DNA of 64,000 nucleotides from an uncultured Bacteroidota bacterium (lineage in GTDB: Bacteria > Bacteroidota > Ignavibacteria > UBA10030 > UBA6906), in contig CAVOYH010000004.1 in assembly GCA_963700635.1 (NCBI GenBank), forward strand, positions 192,001 to 256,000. The letters are read 5' to 3'. Positions 49,348 to 59,600 of the stretch are shown in pieces. Numbering within the stretch: the stretch's first letter is position 1; every line of letters begins with the position of its first letter. The position numbers and the translations under genes are program-made. The notes beneath the pieces are model-generated. The model was not told the origin of the DNA. It searched no databases and was given only the letters and a program-made list of their open reading frames with translations.

Positions 49348-49376
49348 TTGACAATTCCGCCCTCACGCCGTAGATT
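49348..49376 (+). promoter_or_regulatory. Sigma70-type promoter
   Basis: TTGACA-N17-TAGATT upstream of 49447 gene. Confidence 0.6.
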
Positions 49377-49446
49377 AGTTCATTCGTCGGGGGGTGTTCA
49401 GCTCGACTATTCCATTGACCAGACACCTGAAACAAGGTAGACATTT

Positions 49447-50943
49447 ATGCAGCCGCTGGCTCTTCATATTCTCCTTGCCATCCTTGTGGTACCATGTTCC
49501 ACTCAACTACGAGCTGCTGAGCAGTGGCGCATCAATTCAACAGAGGAGTGGAAGCAGTCCAGGAGCCAAAGCGACGGGCTTACGTTTGAGGAGGGGTTTG
49601 CGTTGCCCCTCGGAAAGGCCGGCTCTTATCGGAGTGTTATGCGTAGGTTCGATGACAAGACGTCGGCGTCACATATTGTTGTCGAGCAGTCTCCGGTGTG
49701 GCTCAACTGGAATGCTGTTGAGCCCATAGGCCCGACAAACCTGGTGGACGCACCCGTACTGCTGACGCTGGGTCCCGGTGACTATTGGCTCTTTGGACGC
49801 TATGGTCGCAGCACGGGCGATACGACGTTCACGTCCGAGGAAGCCAAACTTGAAGGCTTCGACATCCCGTTACGAACGACCCCTTTCAAGAATCAATTCG
49901 ACGCTGCCGGCGGGCTGAAGCCCGGACTCGGCGGATATCATGCCTGGCAAAGCAAAGATATGGTGCACTGGGTCCACCATGGACCGGTTACTGAAGCATT
50001 TTCACGCTGGGTCACCACTGCCGAGTATGTCGACGGGAAAGCGTATGTCTACTACGACTATCCGAATGACCAGGATCCGCATCTGTATATTGATGAGAAC
50101 CTGACCGATGGTGTACCCGGGAAGAATATGGGGCTGGCATTCGACGATCCCTCTGACGGATCAGATTGTGCCGTCATTCGCGACCTGGAGGGAAGGTTTC
50201 ACGTGATCTACGAAGATTGGAGCCCGATCAATGCCGGAAACCACTCATGGGATTCGCCTCTGGCCGGACATGCCGTCAGCGCGAACGGCATCGACCATTT
50301 CCGAATACTCAAGCCGGCCGTGGACCATCGAACAGAACCGACCGGGAAGTTCGCCGAATATCGCCACCCCCACTGGACACAGCATCCTCACTGGAATTCC
50401 AACATCGCAACATACGAAGTGCACGAACCCGAACAAAACGCGTATGGGGATTGGGCTGCCATCGGCATTGGCGGCCAATACTACCTCTTCGGGGATTTCC
50501 ATGCTGCCGGAAATGGCGGGGAGGAAATGAGTGTTGCCTGGTTCACCTCATCCAGCCTCGACGCACCGTTCGAGTATTGCGGGCAGATCGGGAACGGCCA
50601 TCCTGACCCGGATATTGCCTTCGCCGAGGGACAGTTCTATCTGGTCACCCAGACTGATACAGACTTCGTCAGTCCTGGCCCCTGGGTTCAGAGGGTTGAG
50701 ATCCGGGTAGGCGTTGACAGGAACGGTGATGGGCAGATTGACGTATGGACGAAGTGGCAGGAGGTCAAAGAGAGCTACGCCCCTATCAAGGGGTTCTCGA
50801 AGCAGGTTGAGCGTATTCCGGCATCGATGGAACTCACTGACCTCCCCGCGGGCTTTGGATTCTGTTTCGAGTTTCGCACGACGGACACCACCGGGAATTT
50901 GTCAGCACCGACGCTGGACAGTATCAGCATGTTTTTTGAATAA
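49447..50943 (+). CDS. Secreted protein, putative five-bladed beta-propeller glycoside hydrolase-like
   Basis: Signal peptide; DAPVLL, WQSKDMVHWVHHG, SDCAVIRD, HPDPDI motifs reminiscent of GH43/GH32 clan. Confidence 0.55.
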   Translation: MQPLALHILLAILVVPCSTQLRAAEQWRINSTEEWKQSRSQSDGLTFEEGFALPLGKAGSYRSVMRRFDDKTSASHIVVEQSPVWLNWNAVEPIGPTNLVDAPVLLTLGPGDYWLFGRYGRSTGDTTFTSEEAKLEGFDIPLRTTPFKNQFDAAGGLKPGLGGYHAWQSKDMVHWVHHGPVTEAFSRWVTTAEYVDGKAYVYYDYPNDQDPHLYIDENLTDGVPGKNMGLAFDDPSDGSDCAVIRDLEGRFHVIYEDWSPINAGNHSWDSPLAGHAVSANGIDHFRILKPAVDHRTEPTGKFAEYRHPHWTQHPHWNSNIATYEVHEPEQNAYGDWAAIGIGGQYYLFGDFHAAGNGGEEMSVAWFTSSSLDAPFEYCGQIGNGHPDPDIAFAEGQFYLVTQTDTDFVSPGPWVQRVEIRVGVDRNGDGQIDVWTKWQEVKESYAPIKGFSKQVERIPASMELTDLPAGFGFCFEFRTTDTTGNLSAPTLDSISMFFE

Positions 50944-51136
50944 GGTGCGTTGGAGCGAACGAGGCGATGGAGGGGACGACTTACCGCTCCGCTTCATCGT
51001 GCCAAAGTCTGCTTGCGGACCAGTTCTGGCGGACCCCTCCTGCAGCGTCTCCATCCAACAAGAAGGGAGCTCCGCCTGTGATTTCGCGCGGGTCTCCTGC
51101 GAATCATATTTACGGAGGAGCCTCCAGCGATGCTCC

Positions 51137-51590
51137 GTAACGGTGTGTGGAGCGTGCCCACCCGAGGCTGTCGCAGGCCTGTCGTTCGCTCGTCTGGTAG
51201 GTGCGCTCAACCTCTCGGACGATCTCCCAGCGCACGCCAGGCCTTAGAGCTTTTTTGACAACACATCCTGAAGGATCTGCTTGTCGAGCGTCAAGTCTGT
51301 CACCATGCGTTTCAGGCGACGGTTCTCGTCCTCAAGTTCTTTCAACCGATGGATCTCAGAGACCCCCACGTCCGCAAACTGCTTCTTCCACCGGTAGAAG
51401 GTCTGCTTCGTGATCCCCATCTTCCGGATGATCTCAGCAACCGTTGTACCGTTGACAGCCTGGCGAAGTGCGAGGGCAATCTGTGCTTCCGTGAACCGCT
51501 TTCTCATAGCAAGGTCCTCCTCCATCGGGTGGGCTAGGATACGAAAAAAACTAACACCCGAAATGGACCGCGAAACTGGGTCCAGACCCG
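51137..51590 (-). mobile_element. Partial IS3-family element (orfA 51507-51244 plus start of orfB)
   Basis: MRKRFTEAQI...TFYRWKKQF...DKQILQDVLSKKL, A-AAA-AAG slip site, orfB start ...SERQAC..LGWARSTHRY then lost; ends approximate. Confidence 0.85.
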
Positions 51591-51646
51591 CCCGTTGCGT
51601 GGCATGAATCCGGGTTGTATATTGGACGCATGACACGCGCAGGACA

Positions 51647-52333
51647 GTGCGGAAAAGATCTGGCCTCACGCCAGATCCCCCAGACACGGCTCCGGTGCCC
51701 CTGACCACGATCAGCCGGCGCGAATTGCTCTCGACGATGGCAATCGGCGGCGGAGCAATCGTGTCGGGCGTGGACCAGTTGTCCCACTCCCCGCGCCCCG
51801 CCGTGCCTCCGGGATCAAGGGATCATCCGGTCTTTCCGATCCGGCAACCGGACGTCCTGGCGCAGTCGTTCGGGTTCCATTCCTGGAAGACGCGGGAACC
51901 CGAGATCGCCGAGATCCTCGATGCGCACTCCTCGGTGATCGCCGTGACTTCCGGTCATCTCCACTTGACCGGCATGTCGCTCCATGGGCGAGTCCCGCAG
52001 ATTGTCTTTGCCGGGACGGCATCATACCCCCACGACGTGGGGCTGTTCACCGTCGCGGAGAGCACCGTCACCGTGGAGGCGGTACGGCTTCCTTCTCATC
52101 TCCTTGTGCCGGAAACAAACATCCACGGAATGCAGCGTCACGGGATAGACTTCACCGACCCGGATCACCCTTCGTACACGCACTCTGTGATGGGACACGT
52201 TGAAGAGCGTCGGTTCATCACACGCGTCCGTCGTTGTGACAGCGGTCAGATCGGAGTGTCGAGCCGAGACCGAATCTTATGGTCAGGGTTTCATGCCTCT
52301 CCGATTTCACCTTCACGGTGTCAGACGCAATAG
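51647..52333 (+). pseudogene. Internally deleted Tat-exported metallophosphoesterase
   Basis: Tat-like SRRELL leader joined to C-terminal HPVFP...SGHLH part; DxH, GD and GNH motifs missing. Confidence 0.55.
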
Positions 52334-52417
52334 TCGAATCCTGTTCATTCGTAACGGTTTGACAATGCTCGAGGTTTTCACGAATACTTCATCCAGCAAT
52401 GGAACGAGGAAACGCAT

Positions 52418-54583
52418 ATGAAGCCCTGTGGACTACCAGCAACGGTGCTCGCCTGTGCCGCCGCTCTTCTCTGCGCCCTGCCCGCCCCGGGCAGCAGTCA
52501 GCCGGTACTCAAGGTCATGACCTACAACATCCAGGGAATGCGCCCTGGCAGCGACCCCGAAACACGCCTCTACCACATTATCGAGAATCTCAAGCGCATC
52601 GATCCAGACATTATCGGACTGCAGGAAATCAATGAGACCCTTGGCGGGAACGGCCTCGACAACCAGGCCAGAAGGATCTCTGAAGCGCTGAGCAGTCATT
52701 TCGGGATTCCCTACTTCTGGCATGCGGTGGCAACCCACGAAGCGTGGTGGGGCCAGTTCACGGAATCGATCGGCATCATGACCAAACACAACATTCAGGC
52801 AATGGATGAGAAGAGTCTTGTGAGCACGGACTTCCCTCGCAAAGTCTACTATAATCTCATTGATACTCCCCTTGGCGCGGTGCATTTCTTCACCACCCAT
52901 CTCTCTGCCAACGAACCGACCATTGGCGCCCGGCAGGGTGCCCAGGTGAAGGCATTTGTGACGGAGAAGGAGATCGGCTCGGGCGCCATCGCATCAATCG
53001 TCACCGGAGATTTTAACGGCATCCCAACGTCTGATGTGGTGCGGTTGTTCGTGGCGGGAACCGACGATTCCTGCTACATCGATACTTTCGCCGAGACCAA
53101 TCCCACTCTCCCAGGGTACACCGCCCCTGCCGGCGCCGCTGACGCACGCATCGACTACGTTCTTCTCAAGCGAACCGGGCGCCTGATGCCCGTGACGTCG
53201 ATCGTGGAATGCGATCTCCCGTATGCAACAGACGCCTACTGCTCCGACCATTACGCCGTCGTGAGCACGTTTTCTACACCTCGGCTCGGGTATCCCCGTT
53301 CCTTGATGCACAATCCCACTCTCGTCGGACGTTCCGACACTGTGGACCTTCAACTCACAAGCCTCTCGCTCGAGCCGGTGACTGTTCTCAGCGTGATCCC
53401 GCAGACGGGCGAGTTTGAGGTGCTGCCCGGCCCGGCATTGCCGGTAACGCTCACGACGCGCGGCGCATCCGTGACCCTCCGGATCGTCTTCTCGCCCACG
53501 CGCGAAGGGGAGATCACCGATACAATCACGGTCACCACCGATGACCCTCATTGGCCGACGGCAAGGATCCCCCTTGGCGGCATCGCCGTGGGCACACTCA
53601 CGCCTGCAGCTCTCGGGCCGTGTTACACGATCTCTAGAGGCCCCGGTGGAGATCTTCTCGGGAAACTTGATCTGGTCACCGCAGTGCCGTCGACGATCGG
53701 ATCCATGGGTTTTGCCGGAATGACAGGACTTGCCGTATGTCCGACGACGGGGGATCTTTATGCGGTGAGGCCAGACTCGCCCCAGAGCACGCTTGTCCTG
53801 GTCAATGCTCAGACCGGCGCTGCCGTGTCAGGAGGGAAGCTACCGATCGCCTCATTGCGCACCATCGCGTTCGGCCTGGGTGACACGCTCTATGGCGGGA
53901 CAACGACAGGTCGTCTCGTGCGTGTCGATCTCCGCCAACGGAGCGTCTCCGACATCATGAATTTTAATGGGATGGGCTTCGGAGGGATCTGCTATGACGC
54001 CCGGCAGGGAAAGATCCTCGCAAGTACATACGTGCCTCCCTTTACCAATGACAGTCTCTATGCCATCGATCCCCGCAACGGGGCCTCGACACTAGTCGGC
54101 TCGACCGGCTTGTGGATTGTGACTTCGTCGCTCACACTTGACACAACGGGAGCGCTCTACGGCTTAACCGGCACAGCTGCCAACCTTCTGGTACGTATCG
54201 ACAAGTCCTCAGGTCTCGGTGAACCTGTGAACACCGATGCGCTCGAGCACTATGCTGCTCTCGCGATCAGACCAAAGCCACGCGGAACCACATCTGTTGA
54301 CCCGGGGCCCACCGCCCCGATCCGGTCGGGGCTTCTCGGCAACTATCCCAACCCGTTTAATGGAGGCACGCGCATCATCTTCAGGACCATGCGCGAGGAC
54401 CGTGTGGTGCTCGAAGTGTTCAACATCCTGGGGGAACTCGTTGGGACGCTCGTTGATGATATCCGTGCAGCCGGAATCTATCAGATGGATTTCCGCGATC
54501 CGACGCTCGCCGGTGGTGTCTATGTATGTCGTCTGCGCACCGGCTCCCTCTCACAGGCAGGGAGAATGCTGTATCTCAAGTAG
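52418..54583 (+). CDS. Secreted EEP (endonuclease/exonuclease/phosphatase) protein with Ig-like, propeller-like and T9SS CTD domains
   Basis: VMTYNI, DIIGLQEI, TTHL, GDFNG, RIDYV, SDH; NYPNPFN...MLYLK. Confidence 0.88.
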   Translation: MKPCGLPATVLACAAALLCALPAPGSSQPVLKVMTYNIQGMRPGSDPETRLYHIIENLKRIDPDIIGLQEINETLGGNGLDNQARRISEALSSHFGIPYFWHAVATHEAWWGQFTESIGIMTKHNIQAMDEKSLVSTDFPRKVYYNLIDTPLGAVHFFTTHLSANEPTIGARQGAQVKAFVTEKEIGSGAIASIVTGDFNGIPTSDVVRLFVAGTDDSCYIDTFAETNPTLPGYTAPAGAADARIDYVLLKRTGRLMPVTSIVECDLPYATDAYCSDHYAVVSTFSTPRLGYPRSLMHNPTLVGRSDTVDLQLTSLSLEPVTVLSVIPQTGEFEVLPGPALPVTLTTRGASVTLRIVFSPTREGEITDTITVTTDDPHWPTARIPLGGIAVGTLTPAALGPCYTISRGPGGDLLGKLDLVTAVPSTIGSMGFAGMTGLAVCPTTGDLYAVRPDSPQSTLVLVNAQTGAAVSGGKLPIASLRTIAFGLGDTLYGGTTTGRLVRVDLRQRSVSDIMNFNGMGFGGICYDARQGKILASTYVPPFTNDSLYAIDPRNGASTLVGSTGLWIVTSSLTLDTTGALYGLTGTAANLLVRIDKSSGLGEPVNTDALEHYAALAIRPKPRGTTSVDPGPTAPIRSGLLGNYPNPFNGGTRIIFRTMREDRVVLEVFNILGELVGTLVDDIRAAGIYQMDFRDPTLAGGVYVCRLRTGSLSQAGRMLYLK

Positions 54584-54748
54584 CTCCAATTGCGTCATTT
54601 GGTGCCCGGCGTGGATCACGTCATCAACTTTTGCACAAGTCCGATGCCGACCGGTGTGGTATCAGGCGCGGGTTCCACTTTCCGTATCCGAAGGAAAGCG
54701 GAATACCATACGCAAAAGAGAGGAGAGGAGGGATGGGGTGGTGTCCCG

Positions 54749-56641
54749 TCACCAGGTCTGGGTCACCACCACGCGCAGCACAGATTCATGGAATGCATCG
54801 ACTACATCGGCATACTTGCTCCACTCACCGTACACTTCCACCGTCCCGCCGGTCCACACCGGCAGAAGCGAGCGGAGATAGAGCCCCGAACGCATGACCG
54901 CGTCCCGAGAGAGAGAAACACCTGCGGTCGTCTGCCAGTTACGCGGCGTGGAATACGTTGCGGAGAGATCCCAGGTGACGATGGACGAGAGCGATGAGCC
55001 GATCCCGGTGTTCAGAAGTCCCGCCGCCAGATTGAGCGACAACGGGATCACAAACCCGACACTCTGGAAGAACATCGCATTGCGCGAGATGTACCGGCCG
55101 CCCGGAAGCTGGGTCTTTCCTTCATGATAATTGATGGAGAACATCGTGGACGACATGAGCCCTCCAGCCGTCCGGAACGTGTACCCCGCAGTACCGCTGA
55201 CTGCGAGGATGTCACTTGTGATGTTCAGGCTGTCCGCCAGGATGCGGCTCACCTGCGACAACGGAGCATAACTGATCCGGAGGTACGGCAGGTTCCGGAA
55301 ATTCAAAGAGAGCTGAGCACCAAAGGCATCGACCGTGGTTCGGTATGCCTTCGTATCCGAAAGGTTGTCCTCGTCCCTCCTGTAGAACGCTCCCACCGAT
55401 AGTTGGCGTTGTACAAAAGATTGTTCTGCTTTCCCCTCAACGCGCATATTGTCCTTGCGCAGATACGGAACACCGAGAGACGCATAGCCCGCGCCAACGC
55501 GTTTGAAATTCGCCGAGATGGATGTACCACTCTCCGGGAACCTGTACCTGCCGTCGAAGCTGAGGGCCATGTCAGCAACACTGGTGAGGTTGGCATCCGT
55601 TACCGATCCGAGCCACGAGGGGATGTCGGATTCAGCAGGCCCTGCCGCCTGAATATCGGCTGTCAGGACCGAGTACGCCACCTCGCCTCCGATGTCGAGG
55701 CGATCATTGAACAGGAACAAACGGCCATCGATACCAATGACAGCGTTCTTTTGCGGCGCCACAGGACGGTGAAGGGAATCACGAGTAAGTGACCCGGCAT
55801 CATCCGCTCCGTACACTGCATTGATGAACAGATGCGTGTCGTCCCTTGCCCCGATGCCGACCCGCCCAGCTGCAAGGGTTCGCCGGTACGCGGCATTCTC
55901 GAACACAGAGGTCCACGACTGTGAAGCTCCCACGGCCGATTGAACCTGTCCTCCGGCAACAGCAAGATAGAACATGCCGGGTGTGAATTCGAGCTGTAGT
56001 CCCGTCAGAGTGGTTCCGTCCAGCGTCAGACGGGAATATGACGGGTACGTCACGCCGAGGACAATGGTCGGAAAGAGGGAAGCGAAACTCTGCGTTGCCG
56101 ATGCGAGACCCATCGCCTGCAACTCATCCATCCGCGCCTGCAGATCGGTTTCCTTCAGGTCCCGCAGTTCCTGGAGCTTCGTCAGCAGTGCTTCCGGATC
56201 CTCCCCTCCGGTCACCGAACTCCCGAGCGACCGAAGCGAGTCCTTCGCTGCCTCCGGCGTAAGTCCGGCAAGACGGTCCTGAAGCGATGAGAGATCCTGA
56301 ATACGCCCATCGATGCGTCGTCGGATCTGATCCTGGAGGTCGCTCCTGCTGAGTCCGACGCTGAAGGCGTTGATGTGCTGGAGACTGCTGCCCTCCTCCG
56401 TTGTCGCCAGTGCCTGGATCGAGAGCGGAAGACCGTACACATTCAGGACAGAGCTGAGGTCCCATCGAAGAAATGCCGGCGGCAGCTGCTGTCCGAAACC
56501 CTGACGGTTTGCGGTCTGCCAGGTCAGATGACTGACGCCGTTGAACTGCACGGGATCGGCGTTCTGCGCATACCCCGGTGCCGCCAGCCCGAGGAGGCAA
56601 CAGAGGGCGAAGAACGACGGGACACACAGTGACCGGCTCAT
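54749..56641 (-). CDS. Putative outer-membrane beta-barrel with helical insertion
   Basis: GAGGA RBS, signal peptide (GYA|Q), amphipathic strands, terminal Trp (VLRVVVTQTW). Confidence 0.72.
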   Translation of the reverse strand: MSRSLCVPSFFALCCLLGLAAPGYAQNADPVQFNGVSHLTWQTANRQGFGQQLPPAFLRWDLSSVLNVYGLPLSIQALATTEEGSSLQHINAFSVGLSRSDLQDQIRRRIDGRIQDLSSLQDRLAGLTPEAAKDSLRSLGSSVTGGEDPEALLTKLQELRDLKETDLQARMDELQAMGLASATQSFASLFPTIVLGVTYPSYSRLTLDGTTLTGLQLEFTPGMFYLAVAGGQVQSAVGASQSWTSVFENAAYRRTLAAGRVGIGARDDTHLFINAVYGADDAGSLTRDSLHRPVAPQKNAVIGIDGRLFLFNDRLDIGGEVAYSVLTADIQAAGPAESDIPSWLGSVTDANLTSVADMALSFDGRYRFPESGTSISANFKRVGAGYASLGVPYLRKDNMRVEGKAEQSFVQRQLSVGAFYRRDEDNLSDTKAYRTTVDAFGAQLSLNFRNLPYLRISYAPLSQVSRILADSLNITSDILAVSGTAGYTFRTAGGLMSSTMFSINYHEGKTQLPGGRYISRNAMFFQSVGFVIPLSLNLAAGLLNTGIGSSLSSIVTWDLSATYSTPRNWQTTAGVSLSRDAVMRSGLYLRSLLPVWTGGTVEVYGEWSKYADVVDAFHESVLRVVVTQTW

Positions 56642-56651
56642 GCGATCCTCG

Positions 56652-59600
56652 TTAGAGTTCGATAGCATCGGCGTACACCAGGCGGGGCACAGTCTCGCCT
56701 GCAGCATCATGGTGCACTTCGAATTCGCGGACAATGATGCGGTATTGTTTGCTCCCTTGCGCCACCGGTTCACTCAGTGTGATCTCTTTCACCCAGCGCA
56801 TCTTCGTCTCATGTAATTCCGTGGGAACCATACGGTCTGCCGCATCAGGTTCATCGGCCGACCCGGGGATCATGGTACCGGAAACCGGAATCCATGTCAG
56901 GTCCCCCTCCCCGACCTTCTTCTCAAGTGTGGCAGTGAGGTACATACTCCTATTCAGCGCGGCAAGGGGCTTGACCTCACCCGGATACCGGCTGGCATAG
57001 ACACCGGCGACCTGCACGGTGATCTTCTTGTCCGTGTTGAAGGTCACCGCAGCAACCCGGTCGGGCACCACCTGGATAAAATCCGTCAGCACGGCGTGCG
57101 ATAGATGTGCATTCACGATGGAATTCGGCTGGAAGCGGACGAGCGCGAGACGGACGAATGGGAAGTATGCCTGACCCGGATCGAGGACCACGTCCGCGAA
57201 CCAGAGGTTGCGCTCCTTGTCGAACACCGGTTTGTATCCGGCAACATGCAGCGGGACCCCTGCTCCGATATTCGCCGTACCAACGGCCAGCGGAAGCTCC
57301 TCCAGTGTCACATCCACCTGCTTTCGTTCCGTGTTCTTAAAATCCGCCAGTGTTGGCGCAGCCTTAATTGCCCCACCCGACTTGACGATGGGATCGAGGC
57401 CCCACTGTGTCACAAACGGCCGCAGCCGGTTATCGTCCGGATCGTTCTCATCAAGGGGTTTGCCGCCCGGACGGATGACAATACCCAGGAGCTCGCCGTC
57501 GCCCGAGGAGAACCATGGCCGCTCCAGGAACACTCGAATACCGCCCCCGCATCGCCTGCTGATGATTGTCCGGGCATCCTCTTTCCGTTCCCACTGGAAG
57601 GTCGGCACACAATACTTCACCTTCGGTGCATGCGGACGTGCCGAATTCAGAACTGCTGCTTCGACGGACTGCTCACGGGTGAACGGGACCGGGGGTTTCA
57701 CCTTCTTCATGTCGCCCGCTGTCGGAAGCAGATCCAGAAAACATTCGCGGAACCGCGAGACCGCCACAACTGTGTATCTCACCTTCCTGTATTTTGTATC
57801 GCCAAAATCATGTCGTTGCTCTGCATGCGTGCTGGTAACGAGGCTCACCGGGCCCTGAAGTTCAGGAGCGGGTGTCGCGGTTACCGACGGCTGCGCACCA
57901 GGGAGGGTCAGCGCCATGTTCACCTGACCGCCGGCTTCCTTTCCCGGCGACTGGACCGCAACCTTCTGGTCACCGATCAACACCGACTTGTCAGTCTCCT
58001 TCACCGGCAGGGAGAAGGCCTGCCCCTTTCCATCCACCGTGGTCCACTCGGGCATGGTGATATCGTCGAACGGTTCGCTCCATTCGGCGCGGAGGTCGAA
58101 CCGGTCCGTGCTCCGGCCGTGCACCCCGATCTTTCCGTGGATCATCGCGAACGTCGCACCATAGGTTTTGACCGGGATCAGTTTCTCAACGGATGGTTCA
58201 AGGAGTGGTTGCTGGACAGCATGCACGATGATCATCTCGCGGTATGGCGTGATCATCCAGTGCTGCCCCTTTTTCGCCTCCTCTTTCACCTTGGCCGAAG
58301 CGGCGGTGGATTTGTCCGCAACCCAGCTGGCGATGCCGAGCACGTTTGCTCCGGCATCATCCACATACGAACTGTACCGCACGGTCACCACACCGGCTTT
58401 CGGGACCTTCACGATCACCAGTGTATCCCCGCCCTTTTCTACTGTCACAGCATCTGTGTGCTCCTCGATACGGATCCGGAAGGAGCGCACATCCGGCCAT
58501 CCCGTGCCGCCAGGAAGCAGATCAAGGTACTCAACCGTACCGACCGGGAGACCGTTCCAGGAGAACGACAATGCGACGCCACGTGCGAGCGGATCGGGAA
58601 GATATGGCACCGTTACACTGTCCCCTGGATAGATCTTTGCAGGAAATCCTTCGTGTGAGACGATCAACGCGTAGGCGTCGGCGGCGGAAAGTCCGTCGAA
58701 CCTGCCGTGGTACTCTGCCATCTGCTGACTGCATCGGGGGGCGAGGAGATGGCGCTCCGGCGTCGGGTCGTCCAGATCGTGGGCCTTGAGATACGCAGCA
58801 ACCGTCGCATCATAGTTGCTCCGGAGAATGACACGCTCCACGGACTCACCGGGTTTGACAGGTGTGCGCAACACCACGGCCGGTGAGGCCACTGGTTCGA
58901 GCCGGAGATATGTCGTCTCGCGCGTTGCAATGGACACATCATTCACGGAAAGCTCTGCCAGATCTCTCCCGTTCCCGGCGAGGTCAGCGATGCGCGCGCG
59001 CAAACGGTACTTCCGTCCGAACCGAAGCCGCGGCAGGGTCCCGGTCTCTGCTTCCGTGGTTGCGGACAATTTTGTGAACGTCACAGCCGGATTATCATTG
59101 TTCTCCACTTCGTCGAGGTCCGAGACCCGCTTGCCGGGTCGCGGCGCCACAAGACTCCACCCATCCCACCGGCAGATGTTCTCGCTCAGCCGCATTTCAT
59201 CGGGACTCCCGGCATCCGTTTCACCTTCCGCAGGCGGGGGGGAGGTGAGTGCGATGCTCACATACCCCTCCGTTGTTTCAGCATGAGACAGACCGGGCTT
59301 CCCGCCGAAAGACACGGCAGTCTTTCGCTTGCAGAGCGAATGCCATTTCCCTGTTGCGTCGGACCAGGCGTCCACTCTGTATCCCCGCACCAGATCCTCA
59401 GCGTACAGGCGCACCGCTGCCTTGTCCGCTTCCAATGTTGGCGGCGACGGGTTCTTCAGGACAGCAGGGTGAACCTGGGCATATGAAAGGTTGACGTTGT
59501 AGGCCGCCTGGGCGTCAATGCGGGTCAGTACTTCCGCGCTGTGATCCCGGCGGACGAGGGCGATCCCCTGGGTACGAAGCGACGGCAGTGAGATGAAGGG

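Noticed and set aside
53929-53937. TCTCCGCCA as attR of the tRNA-Ser island
   Set aside because: Only 9 bp and inside an intact CDS; expected by chance
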